Shown in pieces: positions 44,201-56,965 of a stretch of 64,000 nucleotides of DNA (the first letter of the stretch is position 1; every line of letters starts with the position of its first letter). A program made the position numbers and the translations under genes. The notes beneath the pieces are model-generated. The model had not been told where the DNA came from, made no database searches, and worked only from the letters and a program-made list of their open reading frames with translations. Source of the stretch: Octopus vulgaris (taxonomy: Eukaryota); contig OX597819.1 in assembly GCA_951406725.2 (NCBI GenBank), forward strand, positions 8,990,001 through 9,054,000, read 5' to 3'.

Positions 44201-44536
44201 AAGGGCTAGTTCGACGAGTCGTGTTCTGTTCTCACCTTCGAAACACGCTGGAGTTGAACTAGGGACAGCTGATGAAGGGGAATTTTCCTTGTGTAGTTTG
44301 TCTTGTACTCTGTTTTTTCGTTGTTAAAAAAGGTCCTTTTCCATGTTTGTTTTTACGTTGTCTATTTGTGGTGTCCTGTACTCACGTATATATATTTATA
44401 TATGCATGTATATATACATGTAAATGTAGTTACGTACATATATGTATGTATGCATATATTTTATTTATTACACTATTGTATGACTGAGCGCCCTCGCGTC
44501 GATTCGATTCGTTTCGTTTCATCTCCTCCAAGTAAG

Positions 44537-44540
<4 letters not shown>
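44201..44540 (+). mobile_element. PLE-type tail carrying the permuted hammerhead (copy B)
   Basis: Colinear with ~52490-52864, including the downstream T-rich and TA-rich parts; ends in (TA)n. Confidence 0.7.
44206..44280 (+). ncRNA. Candidate non-circularly permuted hammerhead ribozyme (copy B)
   Basis: cgtgU-U(17)-ctgttct...cttc-GAAA-cacg...gggacag-CUGAUGA-a-gggg, plus outer helix ctagttcgac/gttgaactag. Confidence 0.7.
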
Positions 44541-44584
<44 letters not shown>

Positions 44585-44597
<13 letters not shown>

Positions 44598-44812
44598 ATA
44601 TGCTTGTGTGTCTGTGTTTGTCCCTCTAGCATTGCTTGACAACCGATGCTGGTGTGTTTACGTCCCCGTCACTTAGCGGTTCGGCAAAATAGATCGATAG
44701 AATTAGTACTGGGCTTACAAAGAATAAGTCCCGGGGTCGATTTGCTCGACTAAAGGCGGTGCTCAGCATGGCCGCAGTCAAATGACTGAAACAAATAAAA
44801 GAGTAAAAGAGT
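44585..44812 (+). mobile_element. CORE-type SINE 3' half
   Basis: Matches ~24615-24843. Confidence 0.85.
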
Positions 44813-44840
44813 ATATATTGTATATATTTATTTATGTATT

Positions 44841-44933
<93 letters not shown>

Positions 44934-45127
44934 TTCGTTTGGGGATTTGGTTTACAAGATTCTTTATGTGAGTTCGTGTGTTGAAGCATATTCTGTTGTG
45001 TCTGGGGAGAGTCATTCTCTTTTAGTGCCTTATAATTTAACACACACACCGGTAAAATTTCCACTCATTTGCTTATTTATTTTTCTAAAATTTTCATCGT
45101 GTCTTGCAACCTTTTCAGTAATTGACT

Positions 45128-45194
45128 ATGTATGTATGTATGTATGTATGTATGTATGTATGTATGTATGTATGTATGTATGTATGTATGTATG

Positions 45195-45228
<34 letters not shown>

Positions 45229-45675
45229 TATATGTATGTATGTGTATGTATGTATGTATGTATGTATGTATGTATGTATGTATGTATGTATGTATGTGTG
45301 TGTATGTATGTATGTATGTGTGTGTATGTATGTATGTATGTATGTGTGTATGTATGTATGTATGTGTGTGTATGTACGTACGTATGTATGTATGTATGTA
45401 TGTATGCATGCATGTATGTATGTATGTAAGTATGTATGTATGTATGTATGTGTGTATGTATGTATGTATGTATATATGTATGTATGTGTGTGTGTATGTA
45501 TGTATGTATGCATGCATGTATGTAAGTATGTAAGTATGTATGTATGTATGTATGTGTGTATGTATGTGTGTATGTATGTGTGTGTGTGTATGTATGTATG
45601 CATGTATGCATGTATGTATGTATGTATGTATGTATGTATGTATGTATGTATGTATATATGCATGCATGCATGCAT
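45128..45675. repeat. Compound (TATG)n microsatellite
   Basis: Directly visible. Confidence 0.95.
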
Positions 45676-45919
45676 AATTTATTCGAATCTAAAGTTTTAC
45701 TCGGTTCCTGCTCTGGATTTCTATCATACCACCTCAAAGAATGCGTTAGGGAACAGGGTGCAAGATTCTTGGATTAGCATCAGAGAAAAAAAGGGAAGAG
45801 TTTGTAGAAACAGGGGGAACAGAAAACGAGTGAAGACAGGGAGAGAGAAAAGATTGTGAGACTGAATAGAAAAAAGTAAAGGAGATAAGATACTTGTATG
45901 ATTTATTGAAGAAAAATGC

Positions 45920-46400
45920 AAGGAAAAAAAGAAGAAAGAAGAAAAAAATGTTTGAAAGGAAGCCTGAAAGAAAGGAGGAAGGAAAGAAAGAAAGAAAGAA
46001 AGAAAAAAGAAAGAAAGAAAAAAGGAGAAAAAATCTTTGAAAGAAAGAAGGAAAAAAAGAAAGAAAGAAAGAAAGAAAGAAAAAGAAAGAAAGAGAGAAA
46101 GAAGGAGAGAAAGGAAAAAAGAAAAAAGGAGAAAAAATGTTTGAAAGAAAGAAAGAAAGAAAGAAAAAAAAAAAAAAAGGAGAAGAAATGTTTGAAAGAA
46201 AGAAGGAAAGAAAGAAAGATAGAAAGAAAGAAAAAAGAAAAAAGGAGAAAAAATGTTTGAAAGAAAGAAGGAAAAAAAGGAAAGAAAGAAAGAAAGAAAA
46301 AAAGAAAAAAGGAGAAAAAATGTTTGAAAGAAAGAAGGAAAAAAGAAAGAAAGAAGGAAAGAAAGAAAGAAAGAAAGAAAGAAGGAAGGAAAGAAGGAAT
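45920..46400. repeat. Polypurine minisatellite (GAAA-rich, anchored by ggagaaaaaatgtttgaaag)
   Basis: Anchor recurs about six times with variable (GAAA)n spacers. Confidence 0.85.
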
Positions 46401-46949
46401 GAAAGCAAAGTTAAAGACAAAGAAATGAGTGAAGGAACTATGGAAGAGAATAAAGGAAAGAGGAAAGAAAAAATGAGAGAATGAAAGATGAGAAAGAGAT
46501 TGTGTTTATGAAGGAAGGGATGTGGGGAGGGGAGAAAGTGCATATGAGGCGAGGGGGCTGAGAGGGACAGTGGGGCAGATGGTGGGGGGTGGGGGGTGGC
46601 CCAAAAGGGCTATCAATCAAGGGGCGAACTGTGTGGAGGCAAGAATGGTGGAATCAATAAAACATGCAGCAAGTTGAGAATGCTGGTTTATTTGGTGAGG
46701 GTTACGTTTCCAGTACACAAGAGTTGGCAGCTAATTACTGAAACCTTTGTTGGAGGGAGGAGGAGGAGGAGGAGGGGGAGGAAGGGAAGGGAGGTAGTAG
46801 GAGTAGGTTGAGTGAGGAGCAGGGGGAGAGAGAGAAGGGATGTGTAAGGGTAAGTGAAGGGTGAAGATGGTGGTATAAGGGCACAGAGTAGAGTACAGAA
46901 TCTGGATGGAGGAGCGAAGCCTGTTAAATATGGCGGAAGAGTCGCGTGT

Positions 46950-47815
<866 letters not shown>

Positions 47816-48048
47816 GTTCCAGGTTAATCCTGTTTGAATAAAACAATGATCAAAGTTATTTCCAGACATGGTAATCCAACCTTATTTTTAAACAACGCAT
47901 CCGAGACATTATTCAATTTATGTCCTTCCGTTTTTAAAATGTTCAAATATTGTTTAATGAGAAACTGGCTGCTTTTCTAGTAAGACCCAGCGACCACCAC
48001 CTTAGTGGCCCCTTTATTGCCTCGGTGTTATTATGTTGGTGATCAATG

Positions 48049-48278
48049 GGCGGCGAGCTGGCAGAAACGTTAGCGCGCCGGCGAAATGCTTCGCGGTATT
48101 TCGTCTGCCGTTACGTTGTGAGTTCAAATTCCGCCGAGGTCGACTTTGCCTTTCATCCTTTCGAGGTAGATAAATAAAGTACCAGTTACGCACTGGGGTC
48201 GATGTAATCGACTTAATACCTATGTCTGTCCTTGTTTGTCCCCTCTATGTTTAGCCCCTTGTGGGTAATAAAGAAATA
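48049..48278 (+). mobile_element. Nin/Deu-type SINE with 12 bp TSD
   Basis: TSD ttggtgatcaat at 48036-48047 and 48283-48294. Confidence 0.92.
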
Positions 48279-48679
48279 TATTTTGGTGATCAATTGTTAC
48301 TGGGGGGAGGGGATTCGTGGAGGAGGGGGTAGGAGGGGAGAAGGAAGAAGAAGAGCTGGTCGAGGCGGTGGTGGTGGTGTTTGGCTCTAGCGCTCTTGCT
48401 TAGCCCATTGACAGCCATTGACGTTGGAGATTAGCGCCAGACAGTGCTGAGCCAACGGACTTATGTTCCAAAATGTTCCAGTAATGACTATCCCGTCTTC
48501 AGCTGAAAAATTTTACCCACTACCCCATCTTTTTTCTTTTCTCTTTTTGGAGTGTACGCTAGACTACTACATTGTTCCATGTCCTTCGCCTTTAAAAGAC
48601 GATAGGGTGTGAATTACATGGATGCTGCTATTTCTGGCGGGGTTGAACGATTGTGTTAGAGGCTATCTCGTGATGGCTT

Positions 48680-49410
48680 TTGACGATGATACTGATAGTG
48701 GCGGCGGTGGTGGTGATAGCAGCGGCGGCGGTAGTGGTGGTGATGGTGGCGGTGGAGGTGGCGGCGGCGGCTGCGGTGGTGGTGGTGGTGGTGGTGCTGG
48801 TGGTGGTGCTGGTGGTGGTGGTGGTGGTGGCGGCGGCGGCGGCGATGGTGGTGGTGGTGGCGGCGGCGGCGGCGGCGGCGGTGGTGGTGCTGGTGGTGGT
48901 GCTGGTGCTGGTGCTGGTGGTGGTGGTGGTGGTGGTGGTGGTGGTGGTGGTGGTGGCGGCGGCGGCGGCGGTGGTGGTGGTGGTGGTAGTGGTAGTGGTG
49001 GTGGTGGTGGTGGTGGAGGTCACGGCCACTTCGGCGGCGGCGGCGATGGCATTACCGGCGGTGGCGATGATGGGCGGTTGCTGGTGATGGTGGTGGTGGT
49101 GGTGGTGGTGGTGGTGGTCATCGTCATCGTCGACGTTATTGTCATTATCGTCGTCTTTGTCGTCATCGTCGTCGGCGTCGTTGTCATCGTTGTCGTTGTC
49201 ATCACCATCGCGCTGATGGTAGTTCTAGTGAAGAAGAGAACGTCGTAATGATGTTAGTGGTCGTACAGATGATGATAATGATGATAATGATGATCATGAT
49301 GATGATGGCGGTGTTGGTGTTGGTGCTGCTGCTTCTGCTGCTGGTGATGGCAATGATGATAGTAAGATGGCGATGATAATACTGGAGGTGATGATGGTGT
49401 GTTGATGATC
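48680..49410. repeat. Compound (GGT/GGC)n, (CGT)n and (GAT)n repeats
   Basis: Directly visible. Confidence 0.9.
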
Positions 49411-49999
49411 GTGGATGGGGGAATGATACTTGTTAATGCCTGTAAGAGCTATTAAATTTATAGTTTTGCAGTCGATGGTGTTGTTGTTGACTATTTTTTT
49501 ACGTTTTATTTATTTATGTATTTATTTATTTGCAGTGCAATATCTTCTGATGGCTGCTTTGATATGGTAATGCCCTTGTCTAGCTGTAATTGTGTGTGTG
49601 TGTGTGATGTTTGTGTGCCTGAGTGCATGTCAATGTGTGTGTGCGGGTGTTTCCATTTGCGCGCACGCGCGTGTTTCTGAAATGTGTGAGCATGTGTCAA
49701 TGAGAGCAGCTTTTGTTTCTTCTACGTAATTTAATCTAGGTGCCATAATAATAATTCTTTCACACTATTTGCCACAAGGGCTTCTGCATTTAATACAAAA
49801 CGCGTTACAAAGTGGTTAAACAGTGTGTGATTTTGCACAGATTTTACGTATTTGTGCTTGTTGTATGTATATGTATGTATGTATGTGGGTAGGTAGGTAG
49901 GTAGGTAGGTAGGTAGGTAGGTAGGTAGGTATCTACACATATACACAAATTCATATACATACAGCTGCATATACACAGACACACACATATATGTATGTT

Positions 50000-50288
50000 A
50001 CGATCACGATCACGAGACCGACCAGACCATCAGATGTTGTTACACACCGCTGGTCACAATGCGTTCGCATGACGCCACCCCGCTGGCTAAGCGAGAAGGC
50101 CAACAGACGAAAGAGTGAGAGAAAGAGTGGTGAAAGAGTACAGCAGGGATCACCACCCCCTGCCGGAGCTTCGTGGAGTTTTTAGGTGTTTTCGCAAAAT
50201 AAACACTCACAACGTCCAGTCTGAGAATCGAAACCGCCATCCTACGACCGCGAGTCCGCTGCCCTAACAACTGGGCCATTGCGCCTCC
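50000..50288 (-). mobile_element. tRNA-derived SINE with the 11393-type head/body and a different 3' tail
   Basis: ~50112-50288 matches the head and body of 11393-11777; 50000-50111 is unrelated to that family's tail. Confidence 0.8.
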
Positions 50289-50315
50289 ATATATGTATGT
50301 ATGTGTATGTATATA

Positions 50316-50517
50316 TGACCTCGTGTGTACCGTTGGCGATTTTTTTCCCTCTGTCTTCCCTTCTCGGGATCTTTCCTTCTCCTATGATTCCGACGAAGAG
50401 CTCCGCTCGAAACGTTAAACCCTCCTTCTTCCCTTCTTTCCTGAGCGTCCAATAATACTATATTTGTTCCACGTCCTCGCGTTGTTGTGTTTTTTTTTTG
50501 TTTTCTTGTCTGGATTA

Positions 50518-50521
<4 letters not shown>
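50316..50521 (+). mobile_element. Hammerhead-motif short repeat (copy 2 of 3)
   Basis: Near-identical to 4541-4745; motif at 50386-50420; (TA)n follows. Confidence 0.75.
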
Positions 50522-50569
<48 letters not shown>

Positions 50570-51731
50570 CTTCTATCTATCTTTCGAAAGATTCTTAGCT
50601 CGAAACGTCAAGAATGCTTCCATTTTTTTTTTTACTGATCATTCATTTAGCGCTTAACTAATAATTACACTTTCTTTTCACTTCATTTCGTGCCTTGATA
50701 TTTTCGCCATAAATTTTCAACATACATGTACATACATACATCCATACTTACCTACCTACCTACCTACCTGCCTACCTACCTACCTGCCTGCCTGCCTACC
50801 TACCTACCTACCTACCTACCTACCTACCTACCTACCTACCTGCCTACCTGCCTACCTACCTACATACATACATACATACATACATACATACATACATACA
50901 TACATACATACACAAAGCGACCACGTGGATACAAAATAAGGCGGGGAAAATTAGCATAGTATTGTTCTTAATACACGCAACTGTTTGATGATCGGTTACC
51001 TGAAGCTTGAATAACTGTTTATGCAGTTTCTCAATTTCAATAAATCATTTTGTGTGAGTACGTCTGTGTGTTTTATGTGTGTGCATGTGTGTGTGTGTGT
51101 ATACACGAGTATTTCACCTTATATTGAAAGTGTTTCAGACAATCACCTAACGTGACGAGCATCTCACATCTTCTTGGTTGTCCTATTTCATCATGAGTAT
51201 AGGGTTCTACCGTAGGTTTTACAATGATTTATCATCTACTCTAAATAAGGATCACAACATCTGAATCTCTCGTAATTTTCAGTTCGTTTTGCAGATCCAA
51301 CAGAAAATATTTGATGATTCGAAAAATCGTAAATTTCATGCTCTTTCGCGCGTCACATTTTGGGCTCATTATGCCTTTTTTCAGCCCTCCTCGACTTTTC
51401 TTCCTTTCATCAGTATCTACATCCTTTCCATCGTCTTGCGCGATGTGCTGACACTAGTAATTGTGGTCTCCAGTGGGCTTTGTGCAACGAGAAGTTGGGA
51501 AAATTTCTTGATTTTTGGTGCTCTATCTCTAGGTCGACTCCTGTACATTATCAACCAAGGAATACCGAATCCTCCGTGCAGAGGGAGTTTGTAGCATTTA
51601 GACGTTATGAGCAGTGGAACGCTTTCAGTTAGAAGTTTAAAGAGCTGACACTCCAATCTAGTCAAACGAAAACTGGTTCACGCACGATAGTTAGCTGATG
51701 ATAGATAATGAAGACGACCTATGTGTCCCCT

Positions 51732-52507
51732 GACTTCGTTGAAACAGTCCTTCCCGCTAAGCAAATTAAATGAAATTTGGAATTTTTTGTGGAGGAGTAA
51801 AAATGGAGACAAGAGCAGGACAGTAAAAACAAAACAGTAAAAGTGATACAAATGAAAACAGTAAAAGACAGGACAAGGATAATAACACAGTGAAAACAAA
51901 CGATGAGGGCTTTTAAACCGAGACGATGGAAAAATTATTTTGAACGCATTGAGAAGACAGCTTAAGAGGACAGGAGAAGCCGTTGTGGACTTGTTGAAGG
52001 CAGTAGTCAGAAAGAAAGTTAGTTACCCTCTGGTCAGCGATGAGAGGGAGGAGGAGGAGGAAAAGACAGGGAACGGTGAAAGGGAGAGGAGAAGAATAGG
52101 GATGGGTGGGAGAAAAACCAGAAAGGATGAAAAATAAGAGAGGGAGAGAGACAGGCAGGGTGGAAGACAGACAGGCAAGGAGGAACCGTTCCCTCTCTCT
52201 TACTCCTCCTCCACCCTCTCGTCGCTAACCGGAGGAAAAATAACTTTCTTTCTGACTACTGCCTTCAACAAGTCCACAACGGCTTCTCCTGTCCACTTAA
52301 GCCGTTTTCTCAATGCGTTCAAAATAATTTTTCCATCGTTTGTTTTCACTGTGTTATTATCCTTGTCCTGTCTTTTACTGTCTTCATTTGTATCGCTTTT
52401 ACTGTTTTGTTTTTACTGTCCTGTTCTTGTCACCATTTTTACCCCTGCGCAAAAAATCACAAATCTTATTTGATTTGCTTAGCGGGAAGGATTGTTTCAA
52501 CGAAGTC
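51732..52507. repeat. Diverged inverted repeat (arms 51732-52077 and 52185-52507)
   Basis: Arms are reverse complements with scattered mismatches; the similar ORFs 51678-51899(-) and 52340-52540(+) reflect this. Confidence 0.88.
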
Positions 52508-52567
52508 GTGTCTTGCTCTTACCTTCGAAACACGGAGTAGTCGAAGCAGGGGCAGCTGAAGAAGGGG
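52493..52567 (+). ncRNA. Candidate non-circularly permuted hammerhead ribozyme (copy A)
   Basis: cgtgU-C(17)-ttgctct...cttc-GAAA-cacg...ggggcag-CUGAAGA-a-gggg, plus outer helix tgtttcaac/gtcgaagca. Confidence 0.7.
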
Positions 52568-52706
52568 AATGTTCCTTGTGTTGTATGTCTTGTACTCTGT
52601 TTTTTCGTTGTTTGAAAAAGTCCGTTTCCATGATTTTGTTTTTATGTTTTCGTTTCTCGTTGTGTTCTAGGTTTTTTTGTTTTTGGTGTCCTGTAACCAT
52701 ATATGC

Positions 52707-52753
<47 letters not shown>

Positions 52754-54750
52754 TAGATAGATAGATGTAGGTATGTACATATATGTATGTATGTATGCAT
52801 ATGTTTTATTTATTAATTTGTTATTATATAATCGAACGCCACGCATCCACTTCCAAGTAGGTTATATATATACTTTTTTATATATATGTATGTATATGTA
52901 TATGCATATATATGTATGTATGTATATACTATCTATCTATCTATTCTCTTTGTAACTTTCTCCCTACCTCAGCATGTCTTCCTCTGCCGCGACCTCACCC
53001 TCATTCGTCGAATTCCTTGTTTGCCTCTTCCTGGTGTCATCTATAACCAGTAGAGTTCATCCTTAACTTACCTGGGCTCTGCTAGCAACGTATCCCTTCC
53101 TTTTCTCTTTCCGTCTTTCTCTCCTTCTCTCACTTTTCTTCCGTCTGTCTGTCTCTCTCACTCTCTCTCTGTCTCACTCTCTCTCTCTGTTTCTCTCTCT
53201 CTCTATTTCTCTCTCTCTCTCCCCTCTCTCTCTCTCTCTCTACCTACCTACCTACCTACCTATTTTCCTTGTACCTTTTCTCAGCATATCTTCCTCATCC
53301 GCTACCCAACCTTCATTCCTTGAGTTCCCTCGTTATCTTTTCCTAGCTTCATCTACAACCAGTTCTTACCCTTATTCTTTCAATATCTGCCCCTCTCTAC
53401 TCTCTGTACCTCTCCCCTACCTCAGCAGCCCTCCTTCTCTGCTACCCGACCCTCATTTTCTACTTCACTCATTGCCTCTTCCTCTAGTTTTCTATAGTCT
53501 CAGCCATCCCTAATTGATTAAAGACCTGCTTAACGATACGCTCTATCAGCAACTCCTCCTTTTACAATACTGTCCAATCTCACCTCTCCCCTTCCCCCTC
53601 CAACTCAGCACTTCTATTTCTACTCAATCCCCCGATTACTCACCTCCTCCTCACTTTACCTGCCTTGTATTTCTTATCTCTTCTTGCCTTTCCTCAACTT
53701 CTCCACTCCCCTTCCCTAAACCGCCTGCATTCTCTCTCTCCCTACCGCTTACTTCTCTCTTCCTCTTCTCCCACTCAACCTTTAAATCTCTTGCACCACG
53801 ATGTGAAACAGGTTATCTGTCAATTTTCCCTCCTGGCGAAGGAAGCCAGTATATCCATCTACTGGTTGCATATCTATGACTCTTTGCACATTCCATCAGC
53901 TAATTATGAACATTACAACTATTACGTAATTCCGAGCTCTCAGAAAGAGCAGTCAAGTTAGAAAATCTATCCATTCGCCCTCTAGTTTTCTGTATTTTTC
54001 ATATCCCATGTAAAAGTAAATTTATTTATCAATACATATAATTTCCGTAAGCTTGTACACATGTTTATCTTCTGAATATATCTAGTTTTTGCATCTACAT
54101 TGTTGACATCCTTTTGTCTCGAGAGACAATGGAGTTGCGCATAAACTAATCCAGTCTGGTTTTTACATTTCATGTCCTCTCCAGTTTTGTGCAGGCCTGG
54201 GCTAGATGTAAGAAAATCCTGGGTAACCCAATCGTTAGGATTCCTCTCTCGACCTTGCTGACGTAGTCCAAAGGAGTGCAGAGCATTACGTTTGGCACCA
54301 GCTTGGTTGCAGGAGCTGCCGGAAGAGTGTCGAATCGAACACTGAACCGCCTACGGGGCTCCATCCGGATTTCTTTGAAGGTTGTCTCTTTTCCGTAGCC
54401 CTGGATAGAGGCCTATACCGGGTTCTGTCAGCTGGAGCCAGCTGAGCCCGGGACTCGTGTCAGACAGGGTCGTCATTCCCTGAAGTAGTGAAGAAAATCG
54501 CTGCCCACTACATATATCCATATATATATGTGTGTGTGTGTGTGTGTAATATATGTATATTTATACATACCAAGCCTAATCATGTTTATCTGTATCACTA
54601 TCTCCATATCAGCTCATCTGGATTTCCCTTATAGCTACTCATTACACCGTGGGTCTGGTCCTTGATAAAGGCTTCGGAGTTTAAGTTTAAATCATTTGAG
54701 TACTACAATATGTTTTCTACATTGAGTATCTCTAGATCTGACCTGTTGAT

Positions 54751-54782
<32 letters not shown>

Positions 54783-54851
54783 CATACTGTGCAATTTGGT
54801 GAGAAGATTGGTGAATCCAGTGGTGCTGTGCATATATATAGATATAGATAT

Positions 54852-54942
<91 letters not shown>

Positions 54943-56351
54943 CAGGTATAGATATAGATATAGATATGAATGTATGTATGTATGTATGTATGTATGTATG
55001 TATGTATGTATGTATGTATGTATGTAGATAGGTTTGTATACACTACCACCAAAATCACCAACCTTCCCACCAGACTTCACACCCCAATCAACACTGACAT
55101 TCTCAGGATCATTGAAAGGTTTTCAACGCAATCAGCATCTAGTTTTCAAATAGCAGAGATAACAAAAGGAGTTTACATAATATCATTACAACTTCGAACG
55201 CTTTGTAAGCATTTCGCAACAACACAAATATTTCACGAAACTAACTACAAAACGGAAAACAGAAACATCGTTAAAATCTTCAAAAAGACAGAATAAAACG
55301 AGTTCACCTAAGAAAAAGAGTCAAGTTTTTTTGTTTTTGCTTTTTTTTTTAGACTTCAACAACACGACAATTTTCAACATAGACACTGCTGTATATTATA
55401 CATTGAACGTAATGATTATAGACATGATACCTAACATCGATGTCAACAAAGGTTTCCAGTTCATTCTATTTTCCATTAATTCAAAGAGTCTTCAACACCA
55501 TCTTAAACAACACAAAGCGTTGCCTAACAAACTAACAACTGATCTAATAATCCAGAACATTGCCAGAACGTGCAGTGATTTGAATAGGAAACCACAAGTC
55601 TCTATCCTCTCATCTACTTAGTTAAGTTCTACGCAAAAAGAAAGCTACTAAAGCACAGGAATAGCTCCGACATCAATGACCTTACTGGCCTCAAATACTG
55701 TGCTGGGATGTACACCAACAATAAATTCAGAAAAATAGCAGCAGTCGCCTATGGTGTAGTCACCACCGAAATTTGCAGACTTACAGAAATCACTGGACCA
55801 TGGAGAGTGTACATGTCCAGACACTATGTCGAATTGTATATCACATGTCATGAGACATGTGATATCTGACATGTGATATCACATGTCATGAGACATGTGA
55901 TATCTGACAACATGCATTCGTTGTTCGGCTTACTATATGCAAGCTTTATAAGACCGCTCCAACAAGGACGACTCATTGGATGCACAACAATAACCGATCA
56001 CAAATTTCTACAGATACTGTAAACTAGCTAAATACTTCTACATCAACCGGTAGTATATGCCGAATTCTTCAACTATGTTTATTTCGTGCCCTAATCATCA
56101 TTGTTGTTGTTCATCAATATTCCTATCAAATCATTGAACACTTTCAAAAGTTTTGTTTTCTCAACCTGCTTTGATAGCCCTACTCTCAGATGTCAAGTTT
56201 TGTCCCAAATTGTACAGCGAGGTTATCTACTTTGATGATCGAACAAATATAAAAAAAAAAGGTCATTGTGATCCTGAATATATGGAATATGGTCGACTGG
56301 AAGACTTGCACCAACTATTCTTGAATAATTACATCGAAAACTTCCGACAGA

Positions 56352-56700
56352 TCTTTATCTTTTATCTTTTACTTGTTTCAGTCATTAGACTGCAGCCATG
56401 TTGGCGCAGCGCCTTGAAGAATTTTAGTTGAATGAATTGACCCTTGTACTTATTTTATCAGTCTCTTTACCCAACAGCTGTTACCAATACCGGTTGTCAA
56501 GCAGTGCTAGGAGACAAAGACACACACAAAATAAATATATATTTATATTTACATACGACTGGTTTCTTTCAGTTTCCGTCTACCAAATCTATTCACAAGG
56601 CTTTGGTCGGTCTAGGGCTATAGTACCCAAGGTATCACGTTGTGGGACTGAACGCGGAAGCATGTGGTTGGGAATCAAAGCTCTTAGCCACATCCATGCT
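56352..56700 (-). mobile_element. CORE-type SINE, diverged
   Basis: Colinear with 62387-62806, with deletions. Confidence 0.75.
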
Positions 56701-56759
56701 TAATTTGATTAATTCCACACCAAAGTTAGATTAAAATTCAGTAGTCCATATATATAAAT

Positions 56760-56965
56760 GTGACCGCGTGTGTACCGTTGTCGATTTTTTCCCTCTGTCT
56801 TCCCTTCTCTGGATCTTTCCTTCTCCTATGTTTCCGACGAAGAGCTCCGCACAAAACGTTAAGCCCTCCTTCTACCCTTCCTTCCTGAGCGTCCAATGAT
56901 ACTATATTTGTTCCACGTCCTCGCGTTGTTGTGTTTTTTTGTGCTTTCATGTTTGGATTAACTTT
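56760..56965 (+). mobile_element. Hammerhead-motif short repeat (copy 3 of 3, core mutated)
   Basis: Matches 4541-4745; gctcgaaac has become gcacaaaac. Confidence 0.72.

Noticed and set aside
48622-49248. Glycine-rich 208 aa ORF resembling a structural protein
   Set aside because: Built from (GGT/GGC)n with other frames also open; no convincing signal peptide or Tyr/His modules; resembles the other trinucleotide blocks in the window.
54170-54510. GC-rich block resembling an RTE 5' UTR with a possible HDV-like ribozyme
   Set aside because: I could not fit the nested double pseudoknot by eye and there is no adjacent ORF; left unclassified.
55030-56050. Possible very old LINE remnants (also 10430-10600 and 20250-20420) and a hAT-like remnant near 58900-59300
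   Set aside because: Only faint motif hints; needs a profile search.
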